From: Azolla caroliniana
Lineage: Eukaryota; Plantae; Polypodiophyta
Length of the DNA stretch: 64,000 bases
Direction of reading: 5' to 3'
NCBI GenBank assembly: GCA_043228905.1
Contig: JBHGNT010000008.1
Span: 15,314,001-15,378,000 of the forward strand
Shown here: positions 36,374-47,506 of the stretch, one piece after another
Numbering within the stretch: the stretch's first letter is position 1
Layout: every line of letters begins with the position of its first letter
Position numbers and translations under genes: made by a program
The notes under the pieces: model-generated
Seen by the model: only the letters and a program-made list of their open reading frames with translations
Database searches by the model: none
Told to the model about the DNA's origin: nothing

Positions 36374-37867
36374 GGAAGGAGCGGAAAAGACCATAGCGCC
36401 GAGTCGGATGAATTCAATTTCGGATCGGTTGAAGAAGAAGAGGGCGGATCCGCGAAAGAGTTCGAAAGAGGATATTAGGGGAACAGCCAAAAGAAAGAGC
36501 CAAAGCCAACCAAGCATGGGGGAGATGATACCGTCAAGGGCGAGAAGACCGAAGACAAGTTGGAGACAGCCAACTCGAACGAGAGCGAAAACCGATCGGA
36601 GGTAGCCGAGTCGGTTCGAGTTTGATTCGGATACACTGAATCAATCGAGGGCCAAGCGGAAAAGAAGATAGCAGGAGAAGCGCCAACACTGCGATAGCAA
36701 GGGAGCTGTGAAGGGTCATACCGACCGGAAGGGTCGAAGCGCACGGAGTCGAAAAGGCCGAGGAGCGTGAGCGAGGCGTGGAGGCAAGAGGAACCGGAGC
36801 GGTGATCCAGAAGAGCCTCAAGTTGAGCTTGAGGGGGAGTGTTGAGAGACAAGCTCAACATCAGCCGGATCGGCTGAGCAAGCTGAGGGCCGGATCGGTT
36901 GGGACCGATCGATTAGGCCGGACCGGTGCGTAAAACGGATGCGTAAACCGGGACGCAAACCGGTGCGTAGGAAGGCCGTATCGGTGCGTAAACCGAAAGG
37001 CCGTTAGAAAGATATTCCTTGTAAGGAATAGTTTTGGGAGTAAGAGTCGAGGTTCATTTATGAGCAGTCAAGTAATGTCAGTACTTGTGCCAGCCCAATT
37101 GTCGGGGCTTGTATAAAAGTGCTCCCTAAGCACATCCTATGTACAGATTGAGTATTATTTTTTGAATTAAGTTCTTGTGTTTACTCTCTCTCGGTCTCTC
37201 CCGTGCGTACTGTGCAAACCTAAGCTTTCCATTAAACCTACGTTTTCTGTTGTTCGATTTTTCTACATTGCTTCCGCACGCCATTCTTTTGAAAGGGGAA
37301 GGATAGATCGACGCCAACGTACAAATTAAGGTCGGATATTGAACAAACAACTAACTTAAGGAAGGTTCTTGAAGAAAGAGTGCTCGATATCCGTATTGAC
37401 CTTACATTGAGAGAACTACTTGGAATTGCAAAGAAGGAGTTCCATGAGACCATCGTCAATCTTATCACACGTAAAAGACAACAAGCGGATGAGGAAGAGG
37501 GAATTTCGACAAAGGTGACAACCAATGCCATAACTATGGCAAGAACAGAAGAGAAAGAAGAAGATCTAGTGGATAGTTATTATACACGACCCCATTGGGC
37601 AAGAGCGACAACGGAAACTCCGGTGAAGTTTGGAGAGAAGAAAGAGACGGTTGTGGCTCTTATAGACTACGGATCAGAGATTAACCTCATGTCGACGGAT
37701 TTCTACAAGAAGGGAAGATGGCCTATCAACACGAACCATGGATGGAAGATTTGTGCGGCGACGAAGGCAATAGAAGATCTTTATGGAGCATGTCCCAACA
37801 TTCAAGTCACAATCGGGGATGTAGATATCGACCAACACTTTTTTGTTCAAGATTCGGCTTCCCATTC

Positions 37868-40041
37868 AAACACGTTCGTGTTCACAAGTGGAAGGATAAG
37901 GAATATTCCGTTTGATTTTGGGGGTTTTTCTGCCATTTCACAAAACACCTTGATACTAGTATCACATGTTCTCTAAAACTTGATGAAAAAGTTGAAAATT
38001 TCACCATTTGGTAAAATTGAAAAATGCCAAATTTCGGTCAAATACGAAAAGTAACTTTGTGTATTTTTAAAGAAAAATGACAACTAATAAGTTTTTGGAT
38101 CTTAAAGAAATCAAAAGCAAATGATTTCAAAACAATGTACGTTTTTATTTCATTCGATAAAATGTTGTCTAAATTTGTTACACATAGTTGCACAACAAGT
38201 ACATTTGGGAGTTATTTGCATATATATCATCATTTTTCTCATGAGAATCACTACTATAGATAATATACAATTGTGACTCTTCCTCCTTATTTTCAAATGT
38301 ACCAATCAAATCATTGTCTTCATCAAATGGTGTGTCCAAATTGTGTGCAATAAATCTTCTTTACCTTCAATCTGAGATATCTCTAGACTTGCTAATATCT
38401 CTTTTATTATGTATATCGTTGTTATTCTTAAACATCCAACTTTTGTCTGTGTAAAGTCATACACAATGATATCCACCTAACTAATGTCAATGATAGATGT
38501 ATTACAAAGATTTAATGCATCATCACGTCCAAAACTTTACCAATGCAAAATTGGTACCCTAGCTCATGGCCATCTACATGTGTAGTTATTAATATCCCCC
38601 CCTTGAGTTCTTGCAAGTTTCCTTGTCACCCGAGTTATGCTCGTGTTGTCATCCTTTGTTCCACATAAATGTTTCTCTGTTGTAGATGAACCAAACTATA
38701 AAGATCAACATTAAGTGCTTGAAGTGGTCATTGAGAACCATGAGAATACTTTAGACCATGTAAATGACATTTCCAAGGTTCAATTACCATCAACACAATT
38801 ATTAATGGTTTTTTGTTAATCAATGATGCACATGTTCACCATAAGGTATCTTGTTATGCAACATACATCTTTGTAGTATCGATATGCATCATTTTCTCTT
38901 GTAAAAACATAGATTTCCGTATAATTTCAGTTCATGTTTAAAAAACCTCTTTTATTTGAAAAATAAGAAGATTTTTAAACATGAACTCAATATGTCGTGT
39001 CGAGTTAATGTAAAAAACAGAGTATCGAGTTTGTATGAAAATTCTAGTTTTTATATGAACTCAAGATCAACTTATTATTATTAATTTTTTTAAATTCGGT
39101 AAAAAAAACTTTAAACATGAATTCAATACATTGTATGGAATTATGATCAAAACTCTGTTTTTTACATCAACTCGATACAACAGATCGAGTTCATATTTAA
39201 AAAACTTCTTTTTTTCAAATAAAAGAGGTTTTTTAAACATGAACTCAAATTATACTGAAATCTATGTTTTTACAAGAGAAAAAGATACATATCAATACTA
39301 CAAAGATGTATGTTGCACAACAAGATACCTTATGGTGAACATGTGCTTCATTGATTAGCAAAAAAACATTAATAATTGTATTGATGGTAATTGAACTTCG
39401 CAAATGCCATTTACTTCACAAATTTATTAGGGGAATTCTCAAAAGGAAGAAGAGGATAACATTGTAGATACCCTGATAACTGTGTGATATGTTCAAATTG
39501 ATATATTAATGTTCAAATCTAAAGTTTGATAGTTTTGACAGTTTATGAATATCATCTACATTTTAGGACTTGTGGATTTATCAAAATTGTTTATGAATAT
39601 TGTCTACATTTCTTGAGTTGTGAATTTATGGATGTTAATTAGCACTAAATTTATAGATGATGACATTAAGGATTGCAATGTTACCTCTTATACTTAAAAC
39701 ATTTTCAAGTCTAACAAAAGATGTAATCTTAATCTCATGAAGATGATGAAACCATTCATCTTAACTTGTGCCTTGAGTTAACCATTGTGATTTTCTTTAA
39801 GTAACTACATTTCATATATGCAAACCATCCACATTTAAACATTTACTGAAAAGTTATTCAATTTTAGAAATTATGATTTTGAAACCTGTTAAATCTCAAA
39901 AAATTAGCAAATTTTACATGCTATTTAAAACATGTGATACTAGTGTATCAAGTTTTTGAAAATTGTCTAAAATCGCAAGATTATAAAAGGAATCTATAAA
40001 TGGAATGCGTGATCCTTCCACTTGTGAACGCGAACGTGTTT
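37868..40041. mobile_element. Non-autonomous DNA transposon with ~30-bp TIRs
   Basis: AAACACGTTCGTGTTCACAAGTGGAAGGAT / ATCCTTCCACTTGTGAACGCGAACGTGTTT. Removing it plus one TC restores the host frame DSASHSVILGQP. AT-rich, no transposase ORF. Confidence 0.88.
38760..39414. repeat. Long inverted repeat (~260-bp arms, ~130-bp spacer)
   Basis: 38760-39023 is the reverse complement of 39152-39414 (e.g. CATGTTCACCATAAGGTATCTTGTT / AACAAGATACCTTATGGTGAACATG). Confidence 0.9.
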
Positions 40042-42937
40042 TCGGTGATTCTTGGGCAACCCCACATAACATCATGAAGGATGGAGACTAAGGTGTTTGA
40101 TAGTGGAGCAGCATTCGCTCAGGTGAAGAGTCTTGATGGTCAAAAGTTGGTTCAATTCTTGACAGTGCTAGCTAATCATGAGAGGAACCGAGATAGCCTC
40201 AGAGATGAGGCCTCTGATTTTTAACACAGACTATTGAAGAATGGGGCAAATATAGTTTGAGAAAAAGTCCCCGAAAAGAAGAAAGAAGCAAGAAGGAAAA
40301 CTATATTTAGCACCTAATGGTGCGTGTGGGATGACTACACTCAATGAGAGAGAGAAGCGCCAAGTTCAAAACTTTGAACATTGGCTAAAAGAATAAGGAA
40401 TATAGAAGAAGAAAACAACATATCATGGGTCATGGAGGAAGCCTCATTTAACAATACAATCGGAGAAATAGAGAGTATCGTGGACTTGAGCCCTCATGAG
40501 CAACATACGATTCAAGTCAACACCATCAACATGTATACCGCCATCAACGAATGCCGACGAGGGGTCATGGAGGAGTTGGTCAGAGTAAACACAAAATATA
40601 AATCAGTAGATAAGAAGGTCAAGTCGGTAGTTATTCCGTTACCGGAGGATAGTTGGCACATGATGAAAGAAGTTACAAAGGATCCAAGTCTCAAAGACCC
40701 AAAAGGGATAGGCCATACCTTTTCTGATGAATCAAGAGGGAAACACCAAGTCGGGAAGGATGACTTCCTTCTCCCCGAAGAAGAAGAAAGGTTTAGGATG
40801 ATGCTTGAGAGACATGGGAAAGCCTTTGCCTTCTCTCCACAACAAATCAGATGTGCCGACCCGAAGATGATAGAGCCGATGGTGATATTTACGGTGCCAC
40901 ATTTACCTTGGAACCTCAAGCCAATACCGGTTCCAAGAGCTCACATTCCGAAGTTGATTGAGCTTCTAAGGGAAAAGGTTAGGATGGGAATTCTTGAGCC
41001 GTCCAATGCTCCCTACTCCAATAGATGGTTTTACAGTGCCGAAGAAGAACGAATCCTAACGCTTTATTCAAGATCTCCAACCCGTCAACAAGGTGAGGAT
41101 CTGAAATGCTAGAATTGGTCCAAGCATGGATGAAATTGCCGAAGCCTTCGTGGGAAGATCGATCTATTCCATTGGTGATCTCTACTCGGGCTATAATCAA
41201 TTTCAATTGTCAGTCGATAGTAGAGACATTACAACAATGAGGACACCGATCGGGTTCGTAAGGATGTGCACCTTACCCCAAGCTGCGACAAAGCCCACAT
41301 GGCAAATGCCATGAACAAAGTGTTAAAGGATTGTATTCCTGATATCACAATGCCCTTCTTAGATGACATTTCAATCAAAGGATGCTTGGTGGAAGAAAAA
41401 GATGAATCAAAAGATGAAGATGGTTGCCGAAGATTCGTCATCAATCATATAAAAGATAGCGAAAAGGTGATGCAAAAGCTTGAGGAGGCAAATCTCACGT
41501 TTTCAGGAGAGAAGTTTGCATTCGGTCAACCAGAAATATTGGTAGTAGGAAACTTGTGTGGAGCTTATGGATGGAAGCCATCTCCATCCAAGGTGAATGT
41601 TATCCAAGAGATGAAAGAGGAGTGTGAGTCCCAAACAGAGGTGAGAAGATTCTTGGGAGCATGTGTGTTCTACCACATATGGATTCCACACTATGCCCAT
41701 GTCGTTGAACCATTGGATGGACTACTAAAGAAAAGGAAGAAGTTTGAATGGGAAGACGAGCATACCTACGTAGTTCAAAAGTTGAAGAAACTATTATTTG
41801 AAGCTCCAGCATTGTGCAAAGCCGACTACAATGAAGGTACCTCAATATATGTGATAGTGGATACGAGCCCAACCGGAATTGGATGGGTGATTAACCAAGA
41901 AGACAACAACAAAAATCAGTATGTAATCCGATTCGGTGCAAAGGTGTTGACCGAAAGACAAAGAAAGTATGCCCAAGTTAAGAGAGAGCTATGGGGGATA
42001 GTATTCACAGTTAAAACCAATTGCGACTACCTTATCGGAACGAAAGTCATAATCGAAACCGATTGTCTACCTATTCTCGGGATGATATCCGGTTGTGCTA
42101 CGCCGTATATGGCTATGCTATGATGGATTGCCTATATCAAGTCGCTCAACCCCAAGATTCGACATATAACTGGGAAACATAATGTGGTGGCCGATATGTT
42201 GTCAAGGGCAAGGTAGGAGGGTGAAGAAGATCCGCACTCCGAGGAAGAGGATGTTAGCCTAAACTTCTTTACGATTTCTTGTGCTCGGGTGCTAGCGGTG
42301 TTTAAAATAGAAGATTATGAGGGTGAATTCATCGAAACTGGTAGGTACTTAAGCTCTCTTACAGAGGATGAATCATGGTCAAAGTAAAACTTCTATCTAA
42401 TTAGGAAGAAGGCCTACAAGTTATTCCTCAAAGAAGGACATCTATGGAAGTTTCCAAAGAAGAAGAAATGGAACTCCACTTCGAGTGGTGTGCAAGAAAC
42501 AAGATCAACAAACACTAATTGCTTAATTTCATGATAGTATGTGGGCAGGTCATCGAGGTATATGGACAACTTTTGCAAAGCTCAAGGAGAAGTATTGGTG
42601 GTCGGGTGTTTGCAAAGATGTAGCAAGCTATGTTGAAACATGTGCACAATGCCAATTATACTCAAATGTTCAACATAGGGTTGAACTTCATCCGACATAT
42701 CCATTATCAATGCACTATAAGTGGTTGGTAGACATAGTGGTTATGCCAATGGGATTGTGGCAAATGAGATACCTCATGCTAGCGAGAGAGGATCTCACAA
42801 ACCAAGTAGAAGGTCAGGCACTAAGGAATAAAATAACTTGGGCAATTTGCAAGTTTCTCCTTGAAGATGTTATTTGTCAATACGGATGTGTTGGCAAAAT
42901 AGTAGCCAATAGAGGAGAATTAGATGCAAATGAAGCT

Positions 42938-45900
42938 AGGTCCCTCCCTCCTTGGGCTATAAAAGGAAGGGAGGGGTCACTTATGAAGGGTTGCCTATTT
43001 TGCGTATGAAAGGTATACCATTTAGTCTAGAGTTCTTACCGTTTTAGGGTTAGGGTTTCGTTTAGGGTTTCCTTATTCATCCTCAGTTAGGGTTTTCTCA
43101 TAGTTGTTTGGTTCGGCCCATGCGGTCACCATTGTTGTAATCATTCGTTTGTTTTAATATATCTTGTTGAGTATCTTACCTCCGCCGATCTCTCCTTCTA
43201 TGTCATGATCTTATTCTTTCCTCTTCTCCTCTTGAGCTAAGCTTCCAAAACATATCTTATACTTTCTCCTCTACTCCCTAGTCCGAGACCCCTGTGGTCC
43301 CCCCCCTTCTACATGCACGTGCATAACAACGCGACATCTTTGGTGAACTCGATGTGAAGGGCGGCAAGGGAGAATGGAGATGGAAGAAGACTTCGACTTC
43401 GAGGAGATGATGGCAAAGATCGTGATGGAAGCCGGACGGAAGATGGCGAAGCGAGATGCGGTTCAACAAGCCGTCGAAAGGGTGGTCGATCAAGTCGGCC
43501 GGTTCAATGGGAATGAGGTCCCAAAATTTTTGGGAGCCTACAAGGCCGAGATGGCGAAAGGGGGCGTGGACGAGGCGATGCGGCTAGAGTATTTTCCTCG
43601 AGTGGCGGCCGTATCAGTGTACAAAGAGGTCAAGGATCTTCAAGAAGCTCACGAGTCATGGGAGTCCTTTGAGGGAGCACTATTGGACGCATACGGAGAC
43701 GCGAAACCGGAGTGGGTATGCCGGCAACCCGATGGGGAGCGGTCGGCAACAACGTGGCCCATGAGCGACGGAGAAGAGGGAGCGGCGAGTGACTACACAC
43801 TACTACCGAAAGAGAGCTCAACGCAAAACGGTTTGGAGGAGCTCGACCTAGAAGCGCTAATACGGTAGGCATGCGAGCTTGTGAAGGGGAAAATCGAAGC
43901 TGAAGAAGGGCTTATTATGGAGTCAAGCTGGAGGCGATCGGAGAATGCGGAGGAAGAAGCCTCCCTAAGCGTAGAAGACAGGGCCTATACGGAGGCCAGA
44001 AGAGCGTACAACGGCAACATGGGAGAGGGTGTGGAGCAAGCGACCCTCTTGCCTTGCGGTGAAAGGACGGCCATGAAGGCCGGTAACTACGGATTCGGGA
44101 CACGATGGCCCAAAACATCGAGCAGGGAGGAGACGAGCGGTGGTGCCAGGACCTTACCCACACCGATTCTAGAGACTCTGGCATCTGGTCCGAGAGCCGG
44201 TGTGAGACCTAGAGTGATGAACGATGGTGCGGCAAGGCGGGCAACCAAGACGACGACAAGGAGTTCAAGGAAGAGGAGGCGGCAAGCGTAATCGAGGCTT
44301 CCGCGATCGGAGACGGGGTAGCCACGGACAACGACGTCCGGATAGAGGTGGCTACGGACATAACAAGCGGCGGTGCCGGGACCTTACACACACCGCCCCT
44401 AAAGGCTCCGGTGGTCGGCCCGAGTGCCGACATGAGACCTAGAGCGACGGGCGGTGGCGGCAGCAAGGCAGGCAACCGAGACGATGACATGGCAGAGACG
44501 ACGGCAAGCGTAATCGAGGCTTGCACGATCGGAGGCGGGGTAGCCGCGGACAACGACGTCTGGACGGAAGCGGCTATGGACACAACGAGTGGGGGTGTCG
44601 GGTCCTTACCCACACCGCCCCTATAGGCTCCAGCGGTCGGCCCGAGTGCCGGTGTGAGACCTAGAACGACGGGCGGTGGCGGCGGCAAGGCGGGCAACCG
44701 AGACGAGGAGGTAGCAAGCATAACCGAGGCTTGCGTAACCGGGGACGAGATAGCCACGGACCACGGCGTCCGAACAAAGGTGGCTACAAACATGACATCG
44801 GCGAATGATGGTACCGAGACTTTTCCCACACCTATTCTAGAAACTTCGGCGGTCGGCCCCGAGAGCCCACATGAGACTGGAGAGACAGAAGATGGCGGCG
44901 GCAAAGCGGACGATCGAAACGACGACCAGGAAGGTCATAGTGGACGAAGGAGAGACCCCTCAACACCGGGGCTGGAGACTATGGCAGTTGCGCTCGAATG
45001 CCAACATAAGACCGGAGAGAAGGGCGGTGGCCATGAGGAGGCGTGGCCCGGAGCGAACACGTACGAAGATGAGGATACGAGGCCCGAAACGGGCATGTAC
45101 AAGGGGACCGACGGAGAGGTCGGGAGAGGCAAAGAGGAGAGAGTCGGGAACCGACCCGACCGGAAGATGAACCGGTCGATAATCCGACACAACCGGAAGA
45201 CGACGCGGAAGAAGATTGGAGCGGGGTCCAATCATCCGGGCCCGAACCGAAGAAGAGCCGGCAAGGCCGGATTTGTTCGGACAACCATGTACCGGCCGGT
45301 TATGATTACGGAAGGGAGCCAACCAAACCGGAACTCGATCGGCCGAGACCGATCCGGGCGAAGGCTAAGTCGGCATGATTGGAGGTCGAGACGAACGAGC
45401 CACAACACCCAGTGTGAGCCAGTGAGCGTGAGAAGGAGGCCAAGCATGCACGAGGAGTACGACTCGGTGGGAGGCCAAGAGCGAGAGGAGCCCTCCACAT
45501 CTATCCTTGAGGCTTTGGCAGTTGCGGATCGAAGTAAGACCAAAGAGACGGCAGGTGGCGGCGACGAGTCGGAAGCCGGAGCGGACGAGGATATCGGAAC
45601 GGGTATCCGATACGGAATGACGGACGAGGGGGCCCAAGACGATAAGCCGGGGTCGGAAGGGGCTACGGGAACGAAGGGAGAAGAGGCCGACGCGGAGGTC
45701 GGGACCACGGTGGGAGAAGCGTGTAACACGATGCATGCATTACCGCGTAAAACGGAGCATGCACTACGGCCGGCGAAGGGCCAAGAAGCAAGCATGCACC
45801 CGCAAGAGCGGCAACGAGTGACTGGCAATGGCGGACCAGTCGAGCCTTTGAGAGGCAAGCACGCGGCAAGAGACGGTGCGGTGAGTTTCCCGGATCGGCG

Positions 45901-47506
45901 GATGGGAGGCGAGAGCAAATGATGGTGTGTGGAGAACAACGGGGTACACACCGGAAAGAGAAAACGCGGCGGCTTCCCGGAGGGCATGCAAGGCCAAGCG
46001 GGCCAAGAGGGCGCAAGTCGAGGCGAGGCGGTAACGGGAGCCTCGAGGGACACCAACACGGAGGTTGGGATGACGGTACGCTCTACGGCGAGAGAGCACG
46101 GCAGGCAAAGGAGAAACAAGAAACACGGAATGGGGTCGCCTAAGGGCCAAAGAATGATCGCATATTCGGGGGACAACATCGGCGCACGGGAAGAGCCTAC
46201 GGAAGGCAAGCACGGAGCGGGAAGAGTCGACACACCGAGGTGTTCGGCATGTGGAGACAATAAAACCAAAGCAACGGCACGCAAAGGGCGGAAACCGGAG
46301 TGCGATCGGAGAGATCCGGAGCGCATCCGGAGGACATACGAGGCGGACCAAGAGGGTGTACCTTGGGGCGAAGCGGCAACATCGGAGGTTGCGGAGGACA
46401 CCGAAGACGAGAGCACCGACACGGATGTCGGGGAAGCAACGTACCTTTTCGAAAGGGTACGCAGAGTGGAGCGAACTACGAGACGTGCGATGTGGCCACG
46501 TAAGGGCCGAGCGACGAGAACGAGGATTATCGACAACGAAGTTCGGCGCGTGACAGTGCCGATTCGAGGAAGCGGCCGAAGCGAGACAAGCATGGAAGAA
46601 GAGCACACGGTGCAATATCCGGCAAACAGTCAGGAAGAACGAGGATTCGGTCCAAGGTCGCGCACGGAAAACGAAGGAAGACAAAGAGAGGTTTGTGAAG
46701 ACCGGGTATGGCGAGCCGAGCGGAGACAGTGGTTCGGCGAACTCCGTCAAGTATGGTGGATCGGATGGAGCCGACGGTTCGAGAGCATACGACGGATATG
46801 GCGGACCGGGAGGCTACGGTGGTCGATGTGGGACGGATGGGCTTGCTCGAAGTGGAAGACGAAGTCGGGCAAAGCTGACAAAGACGCTAAGGACTCGGTT
46901 GATCGCCATGGCCGAAGATCTCACCTATTTCCCCTTCTTGGCACATACCGGTGGATGTGTGGTTTGGTGGGGGCGGATGTCGTGAAGATTTTTGTCCATA
47001 GGCGGAAACCGGGGTGGAAAGGGCAAGTCGGTGGTGTGCAACATGTGCACATGTATACTAGGAAATGGTGTATGGAAATAAGAGGGGAAATTTTATCCCA
47101 CATTGTAAGGTCCCTCCCTCCTTGGGCTATAAAAGGAAGGGAGGGGTCACTTATGAAGGGTTGCCTATTTTGCGTATGAAAGGTATACCACTTAGTCTAG
47201 AGTTCTTACCGTTTTAGGGTTAGGGTTTCGTTTAGGGTTTCCTTATTCATCCTTGGTTAGGGTTTTCTCATAGTCGTTTGGTGCGGCCCGTGCGGCCACC
47301 ATTGTTGTAATCATTCGTTTGTTTTAATATATCTTGTTGAGTATCTTACCTCCACCAATCTCTCCTTCTATGTCATGATCTTATTCTTTCCTCTTCTCCT
47401 CTTGAACTAAGCTTCCAAAACATATCTTATTCTTTCTCCTCTACTCCCTAGTCTGAGACCCCCGTGGTCCCGCCCCTTCTACATGCACGCACGTAACAAC
47501 GCGACA
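42938..47506 (+). mobile_element. Non-autonomous gag-only LTR element E (partial 5' LTR 42938-43336, tRNA-Trp PBS 43341-43358, 3' LTR 46978-47506)
   Basis: ~400-bp direct repeats offset by 4170. The full 3' LTR reads TGTCG..CGACA after PPT-like GGTGGGGGCGGA. Gag N-terminus 43374-43868. No protease, RT or integrase motifs. Confidence 0.88.
44150..44870 (+). repeat. ~220-bp tandem repeat (about 3.3 copies) in the E internal region
   Basis: CCTTACCCACACC-like anchors at ~44152, 44382, 44604 and 44820. Confidence 0.8.

Larger units (their letters stand above)
26641..37292 (+). mobile_element. Ty1/copia C: integrase, RT, RNase H, extension, 3' LTR (36840-37292); split by element D
   Basis: [40 protein letters not shown]; PPT GAGGGGGAG|TGTTGAGAGAC. 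Several stops and frameshifts. The LTR ends ..TTTTGA (CA mutated). Confidence 0.9.
37293..42940 (+). pseudogene. Degenerate gypsy pol O (protease, RT, RNase H, integrase), fungal-like non-chromovirus type
   Basis: ALIDYGSEINLM; YSNRWF..; GDLYSGYNQF; PFLDD; VDTSPTGIG; GHRG..CAQC; WLVDIV. Many stops and frameshifts. Interrupted by the TIR element at 37868-40041. Confidence 0.88.

Noticed and set aside
43041-43096. Interstitial telomere
   Set aside because: Only four scattered units, duplicated as part of the LTR.
44209-46750. Long antisense ORFs (231, 458 and 328 aa) as novel genes
   Set aside because: GC-rich, stop-poor DNA with several frames open at once and no recognisable domains; most likely shadows of the plus-strand sequence.
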